DNA of 64,000 nucleotides from Methanobacteriota archaeon (lineage in GTDB: Archaea; Thermoplasmatota; Thermoplasmata; SG8-5; DAIRED01): assembly GCA_043799545.1 (NCBI GenBank), contig JAZDNO010000027.1, positions 39,175 to 103,174 of the forward strand. The letters run 5' to 3'. How positions within the stretch are numbered: the first letter of the stretch is position 1; every line of letters starts with the position of its first letter. The notes beneath the pieces are model-generated. The model was given only the letters and a program-made list of their open reading frames with translations, was not told the origin of the DNA and did no database searches. The position numbers were made by a program, and so were the translations under genes. Below, in pieces: positions 48,263-57,100 of the stretch.

Positions 48263-48964
48263 ATGTACTTCGACGAGCTTACGATGAAGGAGTTCGCTAA
48301 AGCCGTGGGAAAGAGCAAATTGGTCATATGGCCAATCGGCGCGGTCGAGGAGCACGGCGAGCACCTGCCCCTTTGCACGGATTCCGTCCAGCCGGTGCAC
48401 GTCGCGCACGAGGTGGCGAAACTGACTGGCGCCCTCGTCGCCCCGCCGCTGTGGTACGGCAACTGCGGCTCGACCGCGAACTTTCCGGGCACGATTTCCC
48501 TCTCGTTCGACACGCTGCGAGCGGTCGCCTTCGACGTAATCTCCGAGCTGGCGAGGCAGGGATTCACCAAGATAGTCGTTATCTCGGGGCACGCGGGGCG
48601 GCTGCACATGGCCGCGCTGAGGCTCGCCGCCGAGGAGGTGCTGGAAGAGCGCGGAAACCTGAAAATCATGGTACTCTCCGACTACGACATAGCCTACGCC
48701 ATCGAGGACGACACGATTCCGGAGGACGACGGCCATGCGGGGATGATGGAAACGTCGCGCGTCCTGGCAATAACCCCCGAGCTGGTGAAGGGCAAAGGCA
48801 AGGCGTTCAGGCCAGAGTTCCCAAGATACCGAATATTGAAAGATTCTGAGAAATACTTCCCCGGCGGAGTGATGGGCGACCCTACGAAGGCCAGCGCCAA
48901 GAAGGGGAAGGAGTGGAACGGTTACATCGTCAAGGAGCTGGCAAAGCTCGTTAGGGAGATGTGA
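48263..48964 (+). CDS. Creatininase/creatinine amidohydrolase family protein
   Basis: P.GA.EEHG.HLPL.TD, F.GT.SL, GHAG, DGHAG..ETS. Confidence 0.92.
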   Translation: MYFDELTMKEFAKAVGKSKLVIWPIGAVEEHGEHLPLCTDSVQPVHVAHEVAKLTGALVAPPLWYGNCGSTANFPGTISLSFDTLRAVAFDVISELARQGFTKIVVISGHAGRLHMAALRLAAEEVLEERGNLKIMVLSDYDIAYAIEDDTIPEDDGHAGMMETSRVLAITPELVKGKGKAFRPEFPRYRILKDSEKYFPGGVMGDPTKASAKKGKEWNGYIVKELAKLVREM

Positions 48965-49675
48965 ATGGCCAACGGGGATACGAGCCACACGGGGGGAGGA
49001 ACTCCAGTGGGAGCGAGGGCAGGCGCGCCCCTCGTCTGCGGCGTGGACGAGGCCGGGCGCGGGCCGCTCATGGGCCCCCTGGTCGTCGCGGGAATCGCCG
49101 TCGAGAAGCCCGAGTGGCTGGCGGACATCGGAGTGAAGGACTCGAAGAAGCTGACGCCGAAGCGCCGCGAGGAGCTCGCCGGAAAAATCCGCCAATTCTG
49201 CAAAATCGAGGTCGTGCAGATACCAGCCACACGAATCGACGCGTTCCGTCAAGAGATGACAATGAACGAGCTCGAGGTGCGCACCTTCGCCACGGTGATA
49301 GAGCGCCTACGTCCGACCGAAGCCTACCTGGACGCGGCCGACACGCGGGAGCAGTACTTCGGCGACGAAGTCGGGAAGCTAGTCCCATTCCCCTTGAAAA
49401 TCGTCTCAGAGCACAAGGCGGATGCAAAGTATCCGATAGTATCTGGAGCGTCCATAATAGCGAAAACGGTCCGTGACGCGGAGATGCGCCGTATTGCCGA
49501 CGAGCTGGGCGACACGGTCGGTTCCGGCTACCCAAGCGATCCGATAACGATGGCGTTCGTGCGGCGTTGGCTGAAGCGCACAGGAACCTCTCCCCCCTAC
49601 ACCCGCAACTCCTGGGAGACGATGGCCAACCTGATGGAGGAGAAAAGCATAAAGAAGCTAGACAGCTTCCCCTGA
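48965..49675 (+). CDS. rnhB: Ribonuclease HII
   Basis: GVDEAGRGP..GPLV, VKDSKKL, EHKAD..Y..V.GASI.AK..RD, GSGYPSDP. Confidence 0.97.
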   Translation: MANGDTSHTGGGTPVGARAGAPLVCGVDEAGRGPLMGPLVVAGIAVEKPEWLADIGVKDSKKLTPKRREELAGKIRQFCKIEVVQIPATRIDAFRQEMTMNELEVRTFATVIERLRPTEAYLDAADTREQYFGDEVGKLVPFPLKIVSEHKADAKYPIVSGASIIAKTVRDAEMRRIADELGDTVGSGYPSDPITMAFVRRWLKRTGTSPPYTRNSWETMANLMEEKSIKKLDSFP

Positions 49676-49685
49676 GGCGATAGCC

Positions 49686-50033
49686 ATGTCAGAGGAATTG
49701 AAGTCTTTGCTGGGCGATGCGATAGGGAAGTTCAACGCCAAGGCCGCCGAGGACCCGAAGGTGGCTGCGGAGCTTGAGGGTATCACGAGGAAGATACTCA
49801 TCGACCTGGCGGACGGAACGAAGTACAACTTCACCATCGCGGACAAGAAGATGCAACCAATCGCGGACGGGCCTATTGACGAGCCGGACCTGACAATAAC
49901 ATCGGACGCCCCCACCATGTTGGGGCTCCTCAAGAAGGAGATAAAGCCGATGAAGGCCTTCGCGCTGGGGAAGGTTAAGATCAGCGGCAAGACGAAGCTG
50001 GAAGACATGCTACGCCTGCGCAAGTTCTTCTGA
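49686..50033 (+). CDS. SCP2 sterol-binding domain protein
   Basis: PDLTI..D..T..G......P..AF..GK.KISG pattern. Confidence 0.85.
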   Translation: MSEELKSLLGDAIGKFNAKAAEDPKVAAELEGITRKILIDLADGTKYNFTIADKKMQPIADGPIDEPDLTITSDAPTMLGLLKKEIKPMKAFALGKVKISGKTKLEDMLRLRKFF

Positions 50034-50034
50034 T

Positions 50035-50877
50035 ATGATTCTGGTCGTCACATCCTCTGAAGACATCGCCAGCATGAACATACGAGAGCGCCTGCTGACG
50101 CTCGCGAAGTGGGACTGCGGGGGCTCGTTCCAAGGCGCAGAGGCGCTCGTTCACGATTCCCTCCACATGATTCTGATTGACGTTCCACACCTAGAAGCGG
50201 ACGGCCTCGACGCGAAATTCAGGGACGACCACGGTGCGCCTCCGAAGTTGGTCGTCTTCGCATCCAGGCATAGAAGCCAGTCGGGAAAAGCGACCCTGAC
50301 CGTGCACCCGATAGGCAATTACGGAGACGCAGATTACGGGGGCAAACCCAACGCGCTCGTGCCCTCAGCCCCGCGCGAGATGACCTTTGCCCTCGCTCGG
50401 CTGAGGAAACATGGCGCTGGCCTGCCGTACGAAATCGGCTACGAGGCGACCCACCACGGGCCATCGCTCTCGACGCCGACGTTCTACATAGAGATAGGGA
50501 GCGACGAGACCAGATGGCCGGACCCGATTGCCGCCGAGGCCATCGCGAAAACGATTCTCGATCTCGAAGGCTTCGAAACTGGCGATGCAAAAGCCCCAAT
50601 CGCCGTCGGGATAGGTGGCGGCCACTACGCTCCCAGGCACACGGACGCGGCGCTCGCGGGACTTGCCTGCTTCGGCCATATCGTGCCAAACCACGCGCTC
50701 GAGGAGGAGCCCGAGAGAAGGCTGGGGATGGCCCTCGACGCTACGCCTGGAGCCCAGGCCGTATATTTCCATCGAAAGGCGATGAAGAAGCCGCTGGTCA
50801 GGGAGCTGGAGGACTGGTGCGGAGAGAAAGGCGTGGTCGTTTTGAGGTCCGAAAAGGGGGCGCAGTCGCAACCCTAA
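50035..50877 (+). CDS. dtdA: Archaeal D-aminoacyl-tRNA deacylase (DTD2/GEK1)
   Basis: D.AS.NI, F.SRH.S.SG...LTVHP.GN, EATHHGP, EIGS, GIGGGHYAP. Confidence 0.94.
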   Translation: MILVVTSSEDIASMNIRERLLTLAKWDCGGSFQGAEALVHDSLHMILIDVPHLEADGLDAKFRDDHGAPPKLVVFASRHRSQSGKATLTVHPIGNYGDADYGGKPNALVPSAPREMTFALARLRKHGAGLPYEIGYEATHHGPSLSTPTFYIEIGSDETRWPDPIAAEAIAKTILDLEGFETGDAKAPIAVGIGGGHYAPRHTDAALAGLACFGHIVPNHALEEEPERRLGMALDATPGAQAVYFHRKAMKKPLVRELEDWCGEKGVVVLRSEKGAQSQP

Positions 50878-50892
50878 TATAACCTCTCCACC

Positions 50893-52587
50893 TTGCCCAC
50901 CCAAGGGGGCCGGATTTTGCAGAAAAAGTCGAAGCCAGCCAAGGGCGGCAGGGCGAATTGGGAGCGCACGACGCTCGCGAAGGCGCTGGAAGGCGCTGGA
51001 GAGAGAAGGAAGAGCTTCGTCACCACGTCCAGCAGGCAGATCGACAGACTCTACGGCCCCGAGGATTTGGACGGCTGGAACCACGACGAGAAGCTGGGCT
51101 TTCCGGGCGAGTTTCCCTTCACCCGCGGAGTGCACCCGACGGGGTACCGTGGCCGCTTGTGGACGATGCGCCAGTTCGCGGGCTTCGGCACCGCCGAGGA
51201 GACTAACGCGAGATACAAATACCTCCTGAGCCACGGTGAGACCGGGCTGAGCGTCGCATTCGACTACCCCACCCTCTACGGACGCGACACGGACGACCCG
51301 CTGGGAGAAGGCGAATTCGGCAAGTGCGGGGTCGCCATCTCGTCGATGAAGGACATGGAAATACTCTTCTCGGGCATCTCGACCAAGGACGTCAGCACGT
51401 CGATGACAATCAACGGCCCCGCGCCGATAGTCTGGGCATTCTACATAGCCGCGGCGGAGCGCCAGGGGGCGAAGCGCGCTCAACTGAGAGGAACTATTCA
51501 AAACGACATCCTGAAGGAGTACATAGCGCAAAAGTCGTACATCTTCCCGCCGAAGCCGTCGATGCGTCTCATTGTGGACGAGTTCGAATACGGCTCCAAG
51601 GAGCTCCCGCAGTGGAATACAATCAGCATCAGCGGCTACCACATCAGGGAGGCCGGCTCGACCGCGTTGCAGGAGCTCGCCTTCACGCTAGGCGACGGCC
51701 TTGCGTACGCGGACGCGGCGATGGAGCGCGGCCTGAAAATCGACGACTTCGCTCCAAGGCTGAGCTTCTTCTTCAACGCCCACAACGACCTCTTCGAGGA
51801 GATAGCCAAGTACCGCGCCGCGAGGCGAATCTGGGCGAGGGAGATGAAGTCCCGCGGGGCGAAGAGCCAGCGCTCCTGGTGGCTCAGGTTTCACACACAG
51901 ACGGCGGGATGCTCGCTGACTGCGCAGCAGCCGGAGATAAACATCGTGCGGACGACAATCCAAGCGCTCGCGGCAGTCCTCGGAGGGACGCAGTCCCTGC
52001 ACACCAACTCGATGGACGAGGCGCTGGCCCTGCCGAGCGAGAAGGCCGTCAAGATAGCCCTGCGAACCCAGCAAATCATCGCCCACGAGAGCGGCGCGGC
52101 GAACACGATAGACCCGCTCGGGGGCTCGTACTTCGTCGAGTGGCTGACTGACGAGATGGAGGCCGGGACCTACAGGTATTTCGACAGGGTGGAAGCCCTG
52201 GGCGGAGTGGTACCCGCAATAGAAAAGGGGTTCTTCCAGCAGGAGATAGCCAACGCGTCATACCAGTACCAGAGGGAGATTGACAAGGGCGAGAGGGTCG
52301 TCGTGGGCGTGAACGAGTTCACTGAGAACGACAAGCCGGACATCCCCCTCCTCAAGATGGACCCCAAGGGAGAAAAGAGGCAGCTCGCCAGGCTGAACAA
52401 AATCAGGTCCGGTAGAGATAAAAGGAAGTGGCAGTCCGTCCTTGACAAGCTGGAAAGGGCCGCGGAAGGCGATAAAAACCTCATGCCATTGATTTTGGAC
52501 GCCGTCAAAGCGGACGCTACGCTGGGCGAGGTCTGCGGCGTCCTTAGGAAGGTCTTCGGGGAGTACAGGGAGGCGTCCCTGTTCTGA
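50893..52587 (+). CDS. B12-dependent acyl-CoA mutase large subunit (isobutyryl-CoA-mutase-like signature)
   Basis: [68 protein letters not shown]. Confidence 0.95.
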   Translation: MPTQGGRILQKKSKPAKGGRANWERTTLAKALEGAGERRKSFVTTSSRQIDRLYGPEDLDGWNHDEKLGFPGEFPFTRGVHPTGYRGRLWTMRQFAGFGTAEETNARYKYLLSHGETGLSVAFDYPTLYGRDTDDPLGEGEFGKCGVAISSMKDMEILFSGISTKDVSTSMTINGPAPIVWAFYIAAAERQGAKRAQLRGTIQNDILKEYIAQKSYIFPPKPSMRLIVDEFEYGSKELPQWNTISISGYHIREAGSTALQELAFTLGDGLAYADAAMERGLKIDDFAPRLSFFFNAHNDLFEEIAKYRAARRIWAREMKSRGAKSQRSWWLRFHTQTAGCSLTAQQPEINIVRTTIQALAAVLGGTQSLHTNSMDEALALPSEKAVKIALRTQQIIAHESGAANTIDPLGGSYFVEWLTDEMEAGTYRYFDRVEALGGVVPAIEKGFFQQEIANASYQYQREIDKGERVVVGVNEFTENDKPDIPLLKMDPKGEKRQLARLNKIRSGRDKRKWQSVLDKLERAAEGDKNLMPLILDAVKADATLGEVCGVLRKVFGEYREASLF

Positions 52588-52589
52588 GG

Positions 52590-55500
52590 ATGATGACCGG
52601 ATGCGCAGGCCCCGCAATGCCGAAAGGCCAGACGAGAGCCATCGACGGCCGCCGCGAAGAGCTCGGGATTTTATCCGCTGCGCTGGAAAAAGCCAAGGAA
52701 GGCCGAGGAGGATGCATCCTGGTATTGGGAGAGCCAGGCATTGGAAAATCGCGGCTGTTGGACGAATTCAAAAAGACGGCTGAATCGAATGGCGCGCTGC
52801 TTCTCTGCGGGGCCGCGAAGGCCGATTCGGCAGAGCCGTTCCACCCTTTCGCAGCGGCCCTGGCAGACCGGCTTCCTGAAGGGGTGCTCTCGCCCAGGCA
52901 CGAGGTCGGCTTCAAAGAGGTCTTCATTTTTGACGAGCGGGGTGGCATAGTCTCTGGCTCGGACTCCGGTACCGAGGCGATGGCGGGGATGCTGAACGCC
53001 GTCCAGGGTTTCGTTGGCGACTCGTTCCAGGGCGGGACGGGAAGCCTCGGCAGGCTGGAATTCGGAGAGACGAAGGTGCTAATCCAACGTAGAAGGGGCA
53101 TCTTCCTGGTAGGCGTAGTCGAGGGAGCGGAGCACGATGGCATGGCCGCCGCATTGACGGGCGCGCTTCAGGCAATGGAGAGCCGGCTGGGCGAGGTTTT
53201 GGGGAACTGGTCGGGCGACCTGCGCGAGATACTTGGCGGCGTGCCCGAGCTGAACGCCCTCCGAGAGGCGAGGTTCCACTTGCGTAAAGGCCTGGAAGGG
53301 CTCAGCCTGGAGAGCGAGCGAACCCGAATCGCCGAGACCGTCGCCAGAACCCTGAGGGAGCTTGCAAGCGAGAGGGTGGTGGCTCTGGTGCTGGAAGACC
53401 TCCATTGGGCCGACCCGTCGTCCCTTTCCCTCCTGACTTTCGCTGCCAGGAACGCCAAAGGCACTAAAATCCTGATAATCTCAACCGCGAGGACTGGGGA
53501 GGGGGAGGCTTTCCACAACGCTAGAGAGGCGATGAAGGACGAGGAGACCGTCACCGAGCTGGCTCTGGGAGGCCTTTCTGCTGATGAGGTCGCGCGGCTT
53601 GTCGGCGCCATCTACTCTCCAAACGAATTCGGCCAGGTTTTCTTGAACAGGCTGGCTGAAGATTCCCGGGGAAATCCGCTGTTCATCATCGAAGTCCTGC
53701 GGCAGCTGGAGAGCGAAAGCGGGATTCTCCGCGAGCGCGGAACGTACCTGCTCACAAAGGGAAGCTACTCGATGCCGGGCAGCGTGGAGGAAGTCGTTCG
53801 TCGAAGGCTGGATTCTCTCGACCCGGACACCCTTACCGAGGCCGAGTATGCGTCGTGCATTGGCGTGGAATTCCTGCAGGAGGCCGCGCTATCGATCGAG
53901 ACGCTGGCGGATGCGCCAGGCGCTCTCAGAAAGCTTGCTGAAAGCGGCATCTTCGTGGCCGATGGGGAGAGGTGGCGGTTCTCCCACGCGATGTTCAGGC
54001 AAGTCGTATATGCGGGGATCTCGGAAAGATGGCGCGCCTCCTACCACCGCTCTCTAGGGGGGCACTACGAGAGACTGTTTCACGGGCGGCTCTACGACGG
54101 CGCATACGATTTGGCCAGGCACTTCAAGGGCTGCGGAGATTGGGGGAAGGCGCTGGACTACTGCACCATGGCGGGGGAGAAGGCCGAATCTGCGTACGCC
54201 GTCGAGCAAGCGCTCGAATTCTACAAATCTGCGCTGGAGGCTCTTGGCAAATCCAACAAATCCCCAGATTCGCCCGGTTTGGAAGCGAAGCTGTTGGAAC
54301 GGGCGGGAGAGATGGAGCTCAAGCTCGGCCTGGCCGACAAGGCCATAGAGAGGTTCGGCAATGTCCAGCGGCTCATCCCGGGCGACCCAGCGCTAACTCT
54401 AAGAATCGCCCTGATGAAAAGGGCCGCGTACGCTGCTAAAAACGATAGCCAGGCGGCTTTGGCTGCAATGAATGAGGCAGCTATATGGCTGGATAAGGCC
54501 CCGGGAGAATCGCGCGCGGAGTTCCTGGGGTATTGGGCGATTTGCAGCGCGCAGGCTGATAAAAACGAGGATGCGGAGGTCCGCGCCAGAGAAGCCTTGG
54601 CTCAAGTTCATGACGTGTCCGACGCGGCGAGGAGGTCGATAATCTACACCAATGTCGGACGCCTATACGGGAGCCTTGGCGAATTCCCCAAGGCCATGCC
54701 GATTCTCCAGAAGAGCGTGGCTGAGGCCGAGTCGTCGGGGGATTCGAGAGCTCTTGCCCTGGCCTACACAGAAATGGGTACCCTGATGCACTTCATGACG
54801 GACCATGTGCAGTCAGCATTATATCTCGAAAAGGCTGCGGCGCACCGGGAGAAGCTGGGAGACATCGTCGGGCTGGGGCAGACCTTTGCCGCACTTGGAA
54901 TGGCATACTCGGACAGCAGCAACCTCGAAATGTCCATCGCTTGCCTGAAACGGGCCCTTGCAATCAACCGGAAGATCGGGGCGGAGGACAGCGCCGCGAC
55001 AACGCTCGGCAACATCGGGTATTCGCTGGCTGTCATGGGCCGGAACGAGGAGGCATTGCAATATCAGCGGGAATCCCTAGCTATCAGGATAAAGAGAAAT
55101 GGAGAGATGGGAACCGCATGGTCTTACTTCGATATGTCCCTCGTTCACAGCAACACGGGGGATTTCGAAAAGGAGAGGGCATGCCTCGAGAGAGCAGACG
55201 CAATCTTTTCAGAAACCGGGGACAAATTCGGCCATGCCCAGACAAGGATGCGCCTGGGCCAGCAATTGGAACAGTCCGGCGATATCGAAGGGGCGATGAG
55301 GGCATTCGGGGAGGCGCTGCAGATAGCCGAATCTGCCAACATCACCGCCATGGTCTTGGAGGCAAAGCGGCTTTTAATCGAGTCCGGAAACTCCTCTTCC
55401 GCCGATGAGTTGAGCGCGTTGGACCTGGAGGCGGGGAAGCTCGGCGACAACGGCATAAGGATGGCGCTTGCGGAAACCGGGGCAAAGCTCGCAATGAAGC

Positions 55501-55757
55501 TAGGGGATTCGGCGCTCGCAATCGGCCGCGCGGAGCGCGGGCTTGAAATCTGGAAGGGATTGAAGACCCGGGACCTGGACGGCCAGGCATCCTCTCTGCT
55601 CTTATACAGGGCGAAGGCGAAATTCATGGTCGGAGACGCCCGGGGGGCGCTGGCCGATGCCGAAGAAGCGTCGAAAATCGCCAGAGGATGCGGCCGCACG
55701 TGGTTGGCGGGCCAGGCGGAGGAGTTCGCGCGGAGCTTGAAAACCGCTCCCGATTGA
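52590..55757 (+). CDS. STAND-class (AAA_16/MalT-like) ATPase with inserted longin/roadblock-like domain and C-terminal TPRs
   Basis: GR.EEL, Walker A GEPGIGKS, Walker B VLEDLHWAD, GNPLFI.E, W.FSH...R..Y, A.H, many TPRs; about 120-aa insertion between Walker A and B. Confidence 0.88.
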   Translation: MMTGCAGPAMPKGQTRAIDGRREELGILSAALEKAKEGRGGCILVLGEPGIGKSRLLDEFKKTAESNGALLLCGAAKADSAEPFHPFAAALADRLPEGVLSPRHEVGFKEVFIFDERGGIVSGSDSGTEAMAGMLNAVQGFVGDSFQGGTGSLGRLEFGETKVLIQRRRGIFLVGVVEGAEHDGMAAALTGALQAMESRLGEVLGNWSGDLREILGGVPELNALREARFHLRKGLEGLSLESERTRIAETVARTLRELASERVVALVLEDLHWADPSSLSLLTFAARNAKGTKILIISTARTGEGEAFHNAREAMKDEETVTELALGGLSADEVARLVGAIYSPNEFGQVFLNRLAEDSRGNPLFIIEVLRQLESESGILRERGTYLLTKGSYSMPGSVEEVVRRRLDSLDPDTLTEAEYASCIGVEFLQEAALSIETLADAPGALRKLAESGIFVADGERWRFSHAMFRQVVYAGISERWRASYHRSLGGHYERLFHGRLYDGAYDLARHFKGCGDWGKALDYCTMAGEKAESAYAVEQALEFYKSALEALGKSNKSPDSPGLEAKLLERAGEMELKLGLADKAIERFGNVQRLIPGDPALTLRIALMKRAAYAAKNDSQAALAAMNEAAIWLDKAPGESRAEFLGYWAICSAQADKNEDAEVRAREALAQVHDVSDAARRSIIYTNVGRLYGSLGEFPKAMPILQKSVAEAESSGDSRALALAYTEMGTLMHFMTDHVQSALYLEKAAAHREKLGDIVGLGQTFAALGMAYSDSSNLEMSIACLKRALAINRKIGAEDSAATTLGNIGYSLAVMGRNEEALQYQRESLAIRIKRNGEMGTAWSYFDMSLVHSNTGDFEKERACLERADAIFSETGDKFGHAQTRMRLGQQLEQSGDIEGAMRAFGEALQIAESANITAMVLEAKRLLIESGNSSSADELSALDLEAGKLGDNGIRMALAETGAKLAMKLGDSALAIGRAERGLEIWKGLKTRDLDGQASSLLLYRAKAKFMVGDARGALADAEEASKIARGCGRTWLAGQAEEFARSLKTAPD

Positions 55758-55776
55758 GCTGATGCCCAGCGCAGGT

Positions 55777-56187
55777 TCAAGCCAGGAATATCCTTGCTTC
55801 CCTAACGCCCACGAGCGCCGCAAGCTGGAAGTACGACTCCCTTACCTTTTCAGCATCGCCGCAGAACATCAGCGCCTCGCAGCATTCCTCGCCCTCGTCG
55901 AAGTCGGCGTGCATGAAGGACTTGAAAATCGGCATGTGGCGGTGCCTGACCTCCGAGACCTGGGCCGCGCAGCCGTGGTCGTAGACGAGGATGAGGATTC
56001 CGTTGATGTGGCCCGCGAGCGTGGAGACCTCGGCTTTTTCGCGCAGAAAGGAGCGCACCGCGTCCCGCACCAGCTCGGAACGGCTGGTGTATCCTATCGC
56101 CTTCACAGCTTCATCAATGCCACCCAGTGTACTCTCCGGGAGGCTCAGGGAGATTATCCTCGTGCCATTTTCGGCCTTGGGCGGCAT
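55777..56187 (-). CDS. NikR-like ribbon-helix-helix metalloregulator
   Basis: RIISLSLP...L..ID......GY.SRSE.VRDA RHH; C-terminal ACT-like YDH...H.H...MH...C.E; TGATG overlap with ZIP gene, start set to 56187. Confidence 0.85.
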   Translation of the reverse strand: MPPKAENGTRIISLSLPESTLGGIDEAVKAIGYTSRSELVRDAVRSFLREKAEVSTLAGHINGILILVYDHGCAAQVSEVRHRHMPIFKSFMHADFDEGEECCEALMFCGDAEKVRESYFQLAALVGVREARIFLA

Positions 56188-56957
56188 CAGTGTGCCCCGG
56201 GAATCAAATACTTCATAGCCCACATCATGGCGATGCCAACAAGGAACATACCGAAAGCCAGTATCGTCCTGACCGTATTGCTCTCCTTGTGCAGCTCAGG
56301 TATCAGGTCGGCCGCAGCAATGTAAAGGAAACCGCCTGCAGCGAACGGAAGGATGTAGAACTCGAAGCCGCCAATCTCAGGTATGAGGAAGTAGCCGAGC
56401 AAGCCTCCGGCCACGGCCGCCAAAGCCGTGGCGAAGTTGAACATCAGTGCCTTCTTGCGCGCCACTCCGCCGTGGACGAGCACTCCGAAGTCGCCTATCT
56501 CCTGCGGTATCTCGTGGAATGCCACGGCCATCGTCGTCACAACGCCAATCTCCGGCCCTGCGAGGAAACCAGCGGCGATGATGAGGCCGTCCAGGAAGTT
56601 GTGTACGCCGTCGCCGGCGAGGTTCAGGTAGGCGAACGTGTGTATCTCGCAATGGTCCTTGTGGCAGTGGCGCCAGAGCAGCTTCTCCAGGATGAAGAAG
56701 ATGACGAAGCCCGCTATGACCATGAGCATGACCACCTCTTGGGACTCGGCATGGCCCATTACTTCGGCCATCTCGTCCAATGCTTCTGGCATGAGATGAA
56801 GGAACGCCCCGCCGATGAGGGTTCCGGCAGCAAGCCCGACGAGCGAGAGCAGCAACTTTTCAAGGACCTTGGGGGAGATGGCGAGGGTGAACGCTCCTAC
56901 GAAGGCTATGAGGCTGACCAGGAACGTTGCCAGCAATATCCAAAGTATCGGGGGCAT
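56187..56957 (-). CDS. ZIP-family zinc/iron transporter
   Basis: AAG.L.GGAF.HL.PE, HCH...C..H loop, GD.VHNF.DG, HEIPQEIGDF, FLYIA.ADLIPE. Confidence 0.95.
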   Translation of the reverse strand: MPPILWILLATFLVSLIAFVGAFTLAISPKVLEKLLLSLVGLAAGTLIGGAFLHLMPEALDEMAEVMGHAESQEVVMLMVIAGFVIFFILEKLLWRHCHKDHCEIHTFAYLNLAGDGVHNFLDGLIIAAGFLAGPEIGVVTTMAVAFHEIPQEIGDFGVLVHGGVARKKALMFNFATALAAVAGGLLGYFLIPEIGGFEFYILPFAAGGFLYIAAADLIPELHKESNTVRTILAFGMFLVGIAMMWAMKYLIPGAH

Positions 56958-57100
56958 CGATCGGGATATGCGACCCCATTATTAAATATTTTGTATTTAT
57001 TAATAAAGTCGCGGGGGGAAAAGATGCGGTCTCGGAAAAACTCCGCCCATCATGCACTCATACGCAACATCCGTAATTAATCGGCGCTGGCATCGAATCC

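Noticed and set aside
48962-48967. TGA read-through (selenocysteine) joining creatininase and RNase HII
   Set aside because: Both are complete independent proteins; a simple stop-start abutment with no Cys-equivalent position
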